64,000 bases of DNA from Auanema rhodensis (Eukaryota > Animalia > Nematoda), in assembly GCA_964057225.1 (NCBI GenBank), contig CAXKVF010000075.1, positions 310,001 to 374,000 on the forward strand, written 5' to 3'. The first letter of the stretch is position 1; the number at the start of each line of letters is the position of its first letter. The notes beneath the pieces were generated by a model, which saw only the letters and a program-made list of their open reading frames with translations, was not told where the DNA came from and made no database searches. Shown in pieces: positions 38,701-53,700 of this stretch. The position numbers and the translations under genes were made by a program.

Positions 38701-41700
38701 ACTCGCTTCACGTGAAAGATAAAGAGATGCGGTTTTCAAAATTAGATTCACCATGTCCATATTAGTCTAAAAACAAATTTTTATTGATATTGGTTCATGG
38801 TAACCATGACTTTGAAATTTACGTGAACTTTAATTTATGCTAATTAAATGTACACGTGATGTGCACTTGGTATGTAACTCGCTTCACGTGAAAGATAAAG
38901 AGATGCGGTTTTCAAAATTAGATTCCCCATGTCCATATTAGTCTAAAAACAAATTTTTATTGATATTGGTTCATGGTAACCATGACTTTGAAATTTACGT
39001 GAACTTTAATTTATGCTAATTAAATGTACACGTGATGTGCACTTGGTATGTAACTCGCTTCACGTGAAAGATAAAGAGATGCGGTTTTCAAAATTAGATT
39101 CCCCATGTCCATATTAGTCTAAAAACAAATTTTTATTGATATTGGTTCATGGTAACCATGACTTTGAAATTTACGTGAACTTTAATTTATGCTAATTAAA
39201 TGTACACGTGATGTGCACTTGGTATGTAACTCGCTTCACGTGAAAGATAAAGAGATGCGGTTTTCAAAATTAGATTCCCCATGTCCATATTAGTCTAAAA
39301 ACAAATTTTTATTGATATTGGTTCATGGTAACCATGACTTTGAAATTTACGTGAACTTTAATTTATGCTAATTAAATGTACACGTGATGTGCACTTGGTA
39401 TGTAACTCGCTTCACGTGAAAGATAAAGAGATGCGGTTTTCAAAATTAGATTCCCCATGTCCATATTAGTCTAAAAACAAATTTTTATTGATATTGCTTC
39501 ATGGTAACCATGACTTTGAAATTTACGTGAACTTTAATTTATGCTAATTAAATGTACACGTGATGTGCACTTGGTATGTAACTCGCTTCACGTGAAAGAT
39601 AAAGAGATGCGGTTTTCAAAATTAGATTCCCCATGTCCATATTAGTCTAAAAACAAATTTTTATTGATATTGCTTCATGGTAACCATGACTTTGAAATTT
39701 ACGTGAACTTTAATTTATGCTAATTAAATGTACACGTGATGTGCACTTGGTATGTAACTCGCTTCACGTGAAAGATAAAGAGATGCGGTTTTCAAAATTA
39801 GATTCCCCATGTCCATATTAGTCTAAAAACAAATTTTTATTGATATTGCTTCATGGTAACCATGACTTTGAAATTTACGTGAACTTTAATTTATGCTAAT
39901 TAAATGTACACGTGATGTGCACTTGGTATGTAACTCGCTTCACGTGAAAGATAAAGAGATGCGGTTTTCAAAATTAGATTCCCCATGTCCATATTAGTCT
40001 AAAAACAAATTTTTATTGATATTGGTTCATGGTAACCATGACTTTGACATTTACGTGAACTTTAATTTATGCTAATTAAATGTACACGTGATGTGCACTT
40101 GGTATGTAACTCGCTTCACGTGAAAGATAAAGAGATGCGGTTTTCAAAATTAGATTCCCCATGTCCATATTAGTCTAAAAACAAATTTTTATTGATATTG
40201 GTTCATGGTAACCATGACTTTGAAATTTACGTGAACTTTAATTTATGCTAATTAAATGTACACGTGATGTGCACTTGGTATGTAACTCGCTTCACGTGAA
40301 AGATAAAGAGATGCGGTTTTCAAAATTAGATTCCCCATGTCCATATTAGTCTAAAAACAAATTTTTATTGATATTGCTTCATGGTAACCATGACTTTGAA
40401 ATTTACGTGAACTTTAATTTATGCTAATTAAATGTACACGTGATGTGCACTTGGTATGTAACTCGCTTCACGTGAAAGATAAAGAGATGCGGTTTTCAAA
40501 ATTAGATTCCCCATGTCCATATTAGTCTAAAAACAAATTTTTATTGATATTGCTTCATGGTAACCATGACTTTGAAATTTACGTGAACTTTAATTTATGC
40601 TAATTAAATGTACACGTGATGTGCACTTGGTATGTAACTCGCTTCACGTGAAAGATAAAGAGATGCGGTTTTCAAAATTAGATTCCCCATGTCCATATTA
40701 GTCTAAAAACAAATTTTTATTGATATTGGTTCATGGTAACCATGACTTTGACATTTACGTGAACTTTAATTTATGCTAATTAAATGTACACGTGATGTGC
40801 ACTTGGTATGTAACTCGCTTCACGTAAAAGATAAAGAGATGCGGTTTTCAAAATTAGATTCCCCATGTCCATATTAGTCTAAAAACAAATTTTTATTGAT
40901 ATTGGTGCATGGTAACCATGACTTTGAAATTTACGTGAACTTTAATTTATGCTAATTAAATGTACACGTGATGTGCACTTGGTATGTAACTCGCTTCACG
41001 TGAAAGATAAAGAGATGCGGTTTTCAAAATTAGATTCACCATGTCCATATTAGTCTAAAAACAAATTTTTATTGATATTGGTTCATGGTAACCATGACTT
41101 TGAAATTTACGTGAACTTTAATTTATGCTAATTAAATGTACACGTGATGTGCACTTTGTATGTAACTCGCTTCACGTGAAAGATAAAGAGATGCGGTTTT
41201 CAAAATTAGATTCCCCATGTCCATATTAGTCTAAAAACAAATTTTTATTGATATTGGTTCATGGTAACCATGACTTTGAAATTTACGTGAACTTTAATTT
41301 ATGCTAATTAAATGTACAAGTGATGTGCACTTGGTATGTAACTCGCTTCACGTGAAAGATAAAGAGATGCGGTTTTCAAAATTAGATTCCCCATGTCCAT
41401 ATTAGTCTAAAAACAAATTTTTATTGATATTGCTTCATGGTAACCATGACTTTGAAATTTACGTGAACTTTAATTTATGCTAATTAAATGTACACGTGAT
41501 GTGCACTTGGTATGTAACTCGCTTCACGTGAAAGATAAAGAGATGCGGTTTTCAAAATTAGATTCCCCATGTCCATATTAGTCTAAAAACAAATTTTTAT
41601 TGATATTGGTTCATGGTAACCATGACTTTGAAATTTACGTGAATTTTAATTTATGCTTATTAAATGTACACGTGATGTGCACTTGGTATGTAACTCGCTT

Positions 41701-44700
41701 CACGTGAAAGATAAAGAGATGCGGTTTTCAAAATTAGATTCCCCATGTCCATATTAGTCTAAAAACAAATTTTTATTGATATTGGTTCATGGTAACCATG
41801 ACTTTGAAATTTACGTGAACTTTAATTTATGCTAAATAAATGTACACGTGATGTGCACTTGGTATGTAACTCGCTTCACGTGAAAGATAAAGAGATGCGG
41901 TTTTCAAAATTAGATTCCCCATGTCCATATTAGTCTAAAAACAAATTTTTATTGATATTGGTTCATGGTAACCATGACTTTGAAATTTACGTGAATTTTA
42001 ATTTATGCTTATTAAATGTACACGTGATGTGCACTTGGTATGTAACTCGCTTCACGTGAAAGATAAAGAGATGCGGTTTTCAAAATTAGATTCCCCATGT
42101 CCATATTAGTCTAAAAACAAATTTTTATTGATATTGGTGCATGGTAACCATGACTTTGAAATTTACGTGAACTTTAATTTATGCTAATTAAATGTACACG
42201 TGATGTGCACTTGGTATGTAACTCGCTTCACGTGGAAGATAAAGAGATGCGGTTTTCAAAATTAGATTCACCATGTCCATATTAGTCTAAAAACAAATTT
42301 TTATTGATATTGCTTCATGGTAACCATGACTTTGAAATTTACGTGAACTTTAATTTATGCTAATTAAATGTACACGTGATGTGCACTTGGTATGTAACTC
42401 GCTTCACGTGAAAGATAAAGAGATGCGGTTTTCAAAATTAGATTCCCCATGTCCATATTAGTCTAAAAACAAATTTTTATTGATATTGGTTCATGGTAAC
42501 CATGACTTTGAAATTTACGTGAATTTTAATTTATGCTTATTAAATGTACACGTGATGTGCACTTGGTATGTAACTCGCTTCACGTGAAAGATAAAGAGAT
42601 GCGGTTTTCAAAATTAGATTCCCCATGTCCATATTAGTCTAAAAACAAATTTTTATTGATATTGGTTCATGGTAACCATGACTTTGAAATTTACGTGAAC
42701 TTTAATTTATGCTAATTAAATGTACACGTGATGTGCACATGGTATGTAACTCGCTTCACGTGAAAGATAAAGAGATGCGGTTTTCAAAATTAGATTCCCC
42801 ATGTCCATATTAGTCTAAAAACAAATTTTTATTGATATTGGTTCATGGTAACCATGACTTTGAAATTTACGTGAATTTTAATTTATGCTTATTAAATGTA
42901 CACGTGATGTGCACTTGGTATGTAACTCGCTTCACGTGAAAGATAAAGAGATGCGGTTTTCAAAATTAGATTCCCCATGTCCATATTAGTCTAAAAACAA
43001 ATTTTTATTGATATTGGTTCATGGTAACCATGACTTTGAAATTTACGTGAACTTTAATTTATGCTAATTAAATGTACACGTGATGTGCACTTGGTATGTA
43101 ACTCGCTTCACGTGAAAGATAAAGAGATGCGGTTTTCAAAATTAGATTCCACATGTCCATATTAGTCTAAAAACAAATTTTTATTGATATTGGTGCATGG
43201 TAACCATGACTTTGAAATTTACGTGAACATTAATTTATGCTAATTAAATGTACACGTGATGTGCACTTGGTATGTAACTCGCTTCACGTGAAAGATAAAG
43301 AGATACGGTTTTCAAAATTAGATTCCCCATGTCCATATTAGTCTAAAAACAAATTTTTATTGATATTGGTGCATGGTAACCATGACTTTGAAATTTACGT
43401 GAACTTTAATTTATGCTAATTAAATGTACACGTGATGTGCACTTGGTATGTAACTCGCTTCACGTGAAAGATAAAGAGATGCGGTTTTCAAAATTAGATT
43501 CCCCATGTCCATATTAGTCTAAAAACAAATTTTTATTGATATTGGTTCATGGTAACCATGACTTTGAAATTTACGTGAACTTTAATTCATGCTAATTAAA
43601 TGTACACGTGATGTGCACTTGGTATGTAACTCGCTTCACGTGAAAGATAAAGAGATGCGGTTTTCACAATTAGATTCCCCATGGCCATATTAGTCTAAAA
43701 ACAAATTTTTATTAATATTGGTGCATGGTAACCATGACTTTGAAATTTACGTGAACTTTAATTTATGCTAATTAAATGTACACGTGATGTGCACTTGGTA
43801 TGTAACTCGCTTCACGTGAAAGATAAAGAGATGCGGTTTTCAAAATTAGATTCCCCATGTCCATATTAGTCTAAAAACAAATTTTTATTGATATTGGTGC
43901 ATGGTAACCATGACTTTGAAATTTACGTGAACTTTAATTTATGCTAATTAAATGTACACGTGATGTGCACTTGGTATGTAACTCGCTTCACGTGAAAGAT
44001 GAAGAGATGCGGTTTTCAAAATTAGATTCCCCATGTCCATATTAGTCTAAAAACAAATTTTTATTGATATTGGTGCATGGTAACCATGACTTTGAAATTT
44101 ACGTGAACTTTAATTTATGCTAATTAAATGTACACGTGATGTGCACTTGGTATGTAACTCGCTTCACGTGAAAGATAAAGAGATGCGGTTTTCAAAATTA
44201 GATTCCCCATGTCCATATTAGTCTAAAAACAAATTTTTATTGATATTGGTGCATGGTAACCATGACTTTGAAATTTACGTGAACTTTAATTTATGCTAAT
44301 TAAATGTACACGTGATGTGCACTTGGTATGTAACTCGCTTCACGTGAAAGATAAAGAGATGCGGTTTTCAAAATTAGATTCCCCATGTCCATATTAGTCT
44401 AAAAACAAATTTTTATTGATATTGCTTCATGGTAACCATGACTTTGAAATTTACGTGAACTTTAATTTATGCTAATTAAATGTACACGTGATGTGCACTT
44501 GGTATGTAACTCGCTTCACGTGAAAGATAAAGAGATGCGGTTTTCAAAATTAGATTCCCCATGTCCATATTAGTCTAAAAACAATTTTTTATTGATATTG
44601 GTTCATGGTAACCATGACTTTGAAATTTACGTGAATTTTAATTTATGCTTATTAAATGTACACGTGATGTGCACTTGGTATGTAACTCGCTTCACGTGAA

Positions 44701-47700
44701 AGATAAAGAGATGCGGTTTTCAAAATTAGATTCCCCATGTCCATATTAGTCTAAAAACAAATTTTTATTGATATTGGTTCATGGTAACCATGACTTTGAA
44801 ATTTACGTGAACTTTAATTTATGCTAATTAAATGTACACGTGATGTGCACTTGGTATGTAACTCGCTTCACGTGAAAGATAAAGAGATGCGGTTTTCAAA
44901 ATTAGATTCCCCATGTCCATATTAGTCTAAAAACAAATTTTTATTGATATTGGTTCATGGTAACCATGACTTTGAAATTTACGTGAATTTTAATTTATGC
45001 TTATTAAATGTACACGTGATGTGCACTTGGTATGTAACTCGCTTCACGTGAAAGATAAAGAGATGCGGTTTTCAAAATTAGATTCCCCATGTCCATATTA
45101 GTCTAAAAACAAATTTTTATTGATATTGGTGCATGGTAACCATGACTTTGAAATTTACGTGAATTTTAATTTATGCTTATTAAATGTACACGTGATGTGC
45201 ACTTGGTATGTAACTCGCTTCACGTGAAAGATAAAGAGATGCGGTTTTCAAAATTAGATTCCCCATGTCCATATTAGTCTAAAAACAAATTTTTATTGAT
45301 ATTGGTTCATGGTAACCATGACTTTGAAATTTACGTGAACTTTAATTTATGCTAATTAAATGTACAAGTGTTGTGCACTTGGTATGTAACTCGCTTCACG
45401 TGAAAGATAAAGAGATGCGGTTTTCAAAATTAGATTCCCCATGTCCATATTAGTCTAAAAACAAATTTTTATTGATATTGCTTCATGGTAACCATGACTT
45501 TGAAATTTACGTGAACTTTAATTTATGCTAATTAAATGTACACGTGATGTGCACTTGGTATGTAACTCGCTTCACGTGAAAGATAAAGAGATGCGGTTTT
45601 CAAAATTAGATTCCCCATGTCCATATTAGTCTAAAAACAAATTTTTATTGATATTGGTTCATGGTAACCATGACTTTGAAATTTACGTGAATTTTAATTT
45701 ATGCTTATTAAATGTACACGTGATGTGCACTTGGTATGTAACTCGCTTCACGTGAAAGATAAAGAGATGCGGTTTTCAAAATTAGATTCCCCATGTCCAT
45801 ATTAGTCTAAAAACAAATTTTTATTGATATTGGTTCATGGTAACCATGACTTTGAAATTTACGTGAACTTTAATTTATGCTAATTAAATGTACACGTGAT
45901 GTGCACTTGGTATGTAACTCGCTTCACGTGAAAGATAAAGAGATGCGGTTTTCAAAATTAGATTCCCCATGTCCATATTAGTCTAAAAACAAATTTTTAT
46001 TGATATTGGTTCATGGTAACCATGACTTTGAAATTTACGTGAATTTTAATTTATGCTTATTAAATGTACACGTGATGTGCACTTGGTATGTAACTCGCTT
46101 CACGTGAAAGATAAAGAGATGCGGTTTTCAAAATTAGATTCCCCATGTCCATATTAGTCTAAAAACAAATTTTTATTGATATTGGTTCATGGTAACCATG
46201 ACTTTGAAATTTACGTGAACTTTAATTTATGCTAATTAAATGTACACGTGATGTGCACTTGGTATGTAACTCGCTTCACGTGAAAGATAAAGAGATGCGG
46301 TTTTCAAAATTAGATTCCCCATGTCCATATTAGTCTAAAAACAAATTTTTATTGATATTGGTGCATGGTAACCATGACTTTGAAATTTACGTGAACATTA
46401 ATTTATGCTAATTAAATGTACACGTGATGTGCACTTGGTATGTAACTCGCTTCACGTGAAAGATAAAGAGATACGGTTTTCAAAATTAGATTCCCCATGT
46501 CCATATTAGTCTAAAAAAAAATTTTTATTGATATTGGTGCATGGTAACCATGACTTTGAAATTTACGTGAACTTTAATTTATGCTAATTAAATGTACACG
46601 TGATGTGCACTTGGTATGTAACTCGCTTCACGTGAAAGATAAAGAGATGCGGTTTTCAAAATTAGATTCCCCATGTCCATATTAGTCTAAAAACAAATTT
46701 TTATTGATATTGGTGCATGGTAACCATGACTTTGAAATTTACGTGAATTTTAATTTATGCTTATTAAATGTACACGTGATGTGCACTTGGTATGTAACTC
46801 GCTTCACGTGAAAGATAAAGAGATGCGGTTTTCAAAATTAGATTCCCCATGTCCATATTAGTCTAAAAACAAATTTTTATTGATATTGGTTCATGGTAAC
46901 CATGACTTTGAAATTTACGTGAATTTTAATTTATGCTAATTAAATGTACACGTGATGTGCACTTGGTATGTAACTCGCTTCACGTGAAAGATAAAGAGAT
47001 GCGGTTTTCAAAATTAGATTCCCCATGTCCATATTAGTCTAAAAACAAATTTTTATTGATATTGGTTCATGGTAACCATGACTTTGAAATTTACGTGAAT
47101 TTTAATTTATGCTTATTAAATGTACACGTGATGTGCACTTGGTATGTAACTCGCTTCACGTGAAAGATAAAGAGATGCGGTTTTCAAAATTAGATTCCCC
47201 ATGTCCATATTAGTCTAAAAACAAATTTTTATTGATATTGGTTCATGGTAACCATGACTTTGAAATTTACGTGAACTTTAATTTATGCTAATTAAATGTA
47301 CACGTGATGTGCACTTGGTATGTAACTCGCTTCACGTGAAAGATAAAGAGATGCGGTTTTCAAAATTAGATTCCCCATGTCCATATTAGTCTAAAAACAA
47401 ATTTTTATTGATATTGGTGCATGGTAACCATGACTTTGAAATTTACGTGAACATTAATTTATGCTAATTAAATGTACACGTGATGTGCACTTGGTATGTA
47501 ACTCGCTTCACGTGAAAGATAAAGAGATACGGTTTTCAAAATTAGATTCCCCATGTCCATATTAGTCTAAAAACAAATTTTTATTGATATTGGTGCATGG
47601 TAACCATGACTTTGAAATTTACGTGAACTTTAATTTATGCTAATTAAATGTACACGTGATGTGCACTTGGTATGTAACTCGCTTCACGTGAAAGATAAAG

Positions 47701-50700
47701 AGATGCGGTTTTCAAAATTAGATTCCCCATGTCCATATTAGTCTAAAAACAAATTTTTATTGATATTGGTGCATGGTAACCATGACTTTGAAATTTACGT
47801 GAATTTTAATTTATGCTTATTAAATGTACACGTGATGTGCACTTGGTATGTAACTCGCTTCACGTGAAAGATAAAGAGATGCGGTTTTCAAAATTAGATT
47901 CCCCATGTCCATATTAGTCTAAAAACAAATTTTTATTGATATTGGTTCATGGTAACCATGACTTTGAAATTTACGTGAACTTTAATTCATGCTAATTAAA
48001 TGTACACGTGATGTGCACTTGGTATGTAACTCGCTTCACGTGAAAGATAAAGAGATGCGGTTTTCAAAATTAGATTCCCCATGTCCATATTAGTCTAAAA
48101 ACAAATTTTTATTGATATTGGTTCATGGTAACCATGACTTTGAAATTTACGTGAACTTTAATTTATGCTTATTAAATGTACACGTGATGTGCACTTGGTA
48201 TGTAACTCGCTTCACGTGAAAGATAAAGAGATGCGGTTTTCAAAATTAGATTCCCCATGTCCATATTAGTCTAAAAACAAATTTTTATTGATATTGGTTC
48301 ATGGTAACCATGACTTTGAAATTTACGTGAATTTTAATTTATGCTTATTAAATGTACACGTGATGTGCACTTGGTATGTAACTCGCTTCACGTGAAAGAT
48401 GAAGAGATGCGGTTTTCAAAATTAGATTCCCCATGTCCATATTAGTCTAAAAACAAATTTTTATTGATATTGGTGCATGGTAACCATGACTTTGAAATTT
48501 ACGTGAACTTTAATTTATGCTAATTAAATGTACACGTGATGTGCACTTGGTATGTAACTCGCTTCACGTGAAAGATAAAGAGATGCGGTTTTCAAAATTA
48601 GATTCCCCATGTCCATATTAGTCTAAAAACAAATTTTTATTGATATTGGTTCATGGTAACCATGACTTTGAAATTTACGTGAATTTTAATTTATGCTTAT
48701 TAAATGTACACGTGATGTGCACTTGGTATGTAACTCGCTTCACGTGAAAGATAAAGAGATGCGGTTTTCAAAATTAGATTCCCCATGTCCATATTAGTCT
48801 AAAAACAAATTTTTATTGATATTGGTTCATGGTAACCATGACTTTGAAATTTACGTGAACTTTAATTTATGCTAATTAAATGTACACGTGATGTGCACTT
48901 GGTATGTAACTCGCTTCACGTGAAAGATAAAGAGATGCGGTTTTCAAAATTAGATTCCCCATGTCCATATTAGTCTAAAAACAAATTTTTATTGATATTG
49001 GTGCATGGTAACCATGACTTTGAAATTTACGTGAACATTAATTTATGCTAATTAAATGTACACGTGATGTGCACTTGGTATGTAACTCGCTTCACGTGAA
49101 AGATAAAGAGATACGGTTTTCAAAATTAGATTCCCCATGTCCATATTAGTCTAAAAACAAATTTTTATTGATATTGGTGCATGGTAACCATGACTTTGAA
49201 ATTTACGTGAACTTTAATTTATGCTAATTAAATGTACACGTGATGTGCACTTGGTATGTAACTCGCTTCACGTGAAAGATAAAGAGATGCGGTTTTCAAA
49301 ATTAGATTCCCCATGTCCATATTAGTCTAAAAAAAAATTTTTATTGATATTGGTGCATGGTAACCATGACTTTGAAATTTACGTGAACTTTAATTTATGC
49401 TAATTAAATGTACACGTGATGTGCACTTGGTATGTAACTCGCTTCACGTGAAAGATAAAGAGATGCGGTTTTCAAAATTAGATTCCCCATGTCCATATTA
49501 GTCTAAAAACAAATTTTTATTGATATTGGTTCATGGTAACCATGACTTTGAAATTTACGTGAACTTTAATTCATGCTAATTAAATGTACACGTGATGTGC
49601 ACTTGGTATGTAACTCGCTTCACGTGAAAGATAAAGAGATGCGGTTTTCACAATTAGATTCCCCATGGCCATATTAGTCTAAAAACAAATTTTTATTAAT
49701 ATTGGTGCATGGTAACCATGACTTTGAAATTTACGTGAACTTTAATTTATGCTAATTAAATGTACACGTGATGTGCACTTGGTATGTAACTCGCTTCACG
49801 TGAAAGATAAAGAGATGCGGTTTTCAAAATTAGATTCCCCATGTCCATATTAGTCTAAAAACAAATTTTTATTGATATTGGTGCATGGTAACCATGACTT
49901 TGAAATTTACGTGAACTTTAATTTATGCTAATTAAATGTACACGTGATGTGCACTTGGTATGTAACTCGCTTCACGTGAAAGATGAAGAGATGCGGTTTT
50001 CAAAATTAGATTCCCCATGTCCATATTAGTCTAAAAACAAATTTTTATTGATATTGGTGCATGGTAACCATGACTTTGAAATTTACGTGAACTTTAATTT
50101 ATGCTAATTAAATGTACACGTGATGTGCACTTGGTATGTAACTCGCTTCACGTGAAAGATAAAGAGATGCGGTTTTCAAAATTAGATTCCCCATGTCCAT
50201 ATTAGTCTAAAAACAAATTTTTATTGATATTGGTGCATGGTAACCATGACTTTGAAATTTACGTGAACTTTAATTTATGCTAATTAAATGTACACGTGAT
50301 GTGCACTTGGTATGTAACTCGCTTCACGTGAAAGATAAAGAGATGCGGTTTTCAAAATTAGATTCCCCATGTCCATATTAGTCTAAAAACAAATTTTTAT
50401 TGATATTGCTTCATGGTAACCATGACTTTGAAATTTACGTGAACTTTAATTTATGCTAATTAAATGTACACGTGATGTGCACTTGGTATGTAACTCGCTT
50501 CACGTGAAAGATAAAGAGATGCGGTTTTCAAAATTAGATTCCCCATGTCCATATTAGTCTAAAAACAATTTTTTATTGATATTGGTTCATGGTAACCATG
50601 ACTTTGAAATTTACGTGAATTTTAATTTATGCTTATTAAATGTACACGTGATGTGCACTTGGTATGTAACTCGCTTCACGTGAAAGATAAAGAGATGCGG

Positions 50701-53700
50701 TTTTCAAAATTAGATTCCCCATGTCCATATTAGTCTAAAAACAAATTTTTATTGATATTGGTTCATGGTAACCATGACTTTGAAATTTACGTGAACTTTA
50801 ATTTATGCTAATTAAATGTACACGTGATGTGCACTTGGTATGTAACTCGCTTCACGTGAAAGATAAAGAGATGCGGTTTTCAAAATTAGATTCCCCATGT
50901 CCATATTAGTCTAAAAACAAATTTTTATTGATATTGGTTCATGGTAACCATGACTTTGAAATTTACGTGAATTTTAATTTATGCTTATTAAATGTACACG
51001 TGATGTGCACTTGGTATGTAACTCGCTTCACGTGAAAGATAAAGAGATGCGGTTTTCAAAATTAGATTCCCCATGTCCATATTAGTCTAAAAACAAATTT
51101 TTATTGATATTGGTGCATGGTAACCATGACTTTGAAATTTACGTGAACTTTAATTTATGCTAATTAAATGTACACGTGATGTGCACTTGGTATGTAACTC
51201 GCTTCACGTGAAAGATAAAGAGATGCGGTTTTCAAAATTAGATTCACCATGTCCATATTAGTCTAAAAACAAATTTTTATTGATATTGGTTCATGGTAAC
51301 CATGACTTTGAAATTTACGTGAACTTTAATTTATGCTAATTAAATGTACAAGTGATGTGCACTTGGTATGTAACTCGCTTCACGTGAAAGATAAAGAGAT
51401 GCGGTTTTCAAAATTAGATTCCCCATGTCCATATTAGTCTAAAAACAAATTTTTATTGATATTGCTTCATGGTAACCATGACTTTGAAATTTACGTGAAC
51501 TTTAATTTATGCTAATTAAATGTACACGTGATGTGCACTTGGTATGTAACTCGCTTCACGTGAAAGATAAAGAGATGCGGTTTTCAAAATTAGATTCCCC
51601 ATGTCCATATTAGTCTAAAAACAAATTTTTATTGATATTGGTTCATGGTAACCATGACTTTGAAATTTACGTGAATTTTAATTTATGCTTATTAAATGTA
51701 CACGTGATGTGCACTTGGTATGTAACTCGCTTCACGTGAAAGATAAAGAGATGCGGTTTTCAAAATTAGATTCCCCATGTCCATATTAGTCTAAAAACAA
51801 ATTTTTATTGATATTGGTTCATGGTAACCATGACTTTGAAATTTACGTGAATTTTAATTTATGCTTATTAAATGTACACGTGATGTGCACTTGGTATGTA
51901 ACTCGCTTCACGTGAAAGATAAAGAGATGCGGTTTTCAAAATTAGATTCCCCATGTCCATATTAGTCTAAAAACAAATTTTTATTGATATTGGTTCATGG
52001 TAACCATGACTTTGAAATTTACGTGAACTTTAATTTATGCTAATTAAATGTACACGTGATGTGCACTTGGTATGTAACTCGCTTCACGTGAAAGATAAAG
52101 AGATGCGGTTTTCAAAATTAGATTCCCCATGTCCATATTAGTCTAAAAACAAATTTTTATTGATATTGGTTCATGGTAACCATGACTTTGAAATTTACGT
52201 GAATTTTAATTTATGCTTATTAAATGTACACGTGATGTGCACTTGGTATGTAACTCGCTTCACGTGAAAGATAAAGAGATGCGGTTTTCAAAATTAGATT
52301 CCCCATGTCCATATTAGTCTAAAAACAAATTTTTATTGATATTGGTTCATGGTAACCATGACTTTGAAATTTACGTGAACTTTAATTTATGCTAATTAAA
52401 TGTACACGTGATGTGCACTTGGTATGTAACTCGCTTCACGTGAAAGATAAAGAGATGCGGTTTTTAAAATTAGATTCCCCATGTCCATATTAGTGTAAAA
52501 ACAAATTTTTATTGATATTGGTGCATGGTAACCATGACTTTGAAATTTACGTGAACATTAATTTATGCTAATTAAATGTACACGTGATGTGCACTTGGTA
52601 TGTAACTCACTTCACGTGAAAGATAAAGAGATACGGTTTTCAAAATTAGATTCCCCATGTCCATATTAGTCTAAAAACAAATTTTTATTGATATTGGTGC
52701 ATGGTAACCATGACTTTGAAATTTACGTGAACTTTAATTTATGCTAATTAAATGTACACGTGATGTGCACTTGGTATGTAACTCGCTTCACGTGAAAGAT
52801 AAAGAGATGCGGTTTTCAAAATTAGATTCCCCATGTCCATATTAGTCTAAAAACAAATTTTTATTGATATTGGTGCATGGTAACCATGACTTTGAAATTT
52901 ACGTGAACTTTAATTTATGCTAATTAAATGTACACGTGATGTGCACTTGGTATGTAACTCGCTTCACGTGAAAGATAAAGAGATGCGGTTTTCAAAATTA
53001 GATTCCCCATGTCCATATTAGTCTAAAAACAAATTTTTATTGATATTGGTTCATGGTAACCATGACTTTGAAATTTACGTGAACTTTAATTCATGCTAAT
53101 TAAATGTACACGTGATGTGCACTTGGTATGTAACTCGCTTCACGTGAAAGATAAAGAGATGCGGTTTTCACAATTAGATTCCCCATGGCCATATTAGTCT
53201 AAAAACAAATTTTTATTAATATTGGTGCATGGTAACCATGACTTTGAAATTTACGTGAACTTTAATTTATGCTAATTAAATGTACACGTGATGTGCACTT
53301 GGTATGTAACTCGCTTCACGTGAAAGATAAAGAGATGCGGTTTTCAAAATTAGATTCCCCATGTCCATATTAGTCTAAAAACAAATTTTTATTGATATTG
53401 GTGCATGGTAACCATGACTTTGAAATTTACGTGAACTTTAATTTATGCTAATTAAATGTACACGTGATGTGCACTTGGTATGTAACTCGCTTCACGTGAA
53501 AGATGAAGAGATGCGGTTTTCAAAATTAGATTCCCCATGTCCATATTAGTCTAAAAACAAATTTTTATTGATATTGGTGCATGGTAACCATGACTTTGAA
53601 ATTTACGTGAACTTTAATTTATGCTAATTAAATGTACACGTGATGTGCACTTGGTATGTAACTCGCTTCACGTGAAAGATAAAGAGATGCGGTTTTCAAA

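Noticed and set aside
38428-38760. ORFs spanning the N run
   Set aside because: Artefacts of translating through the assembly gap.
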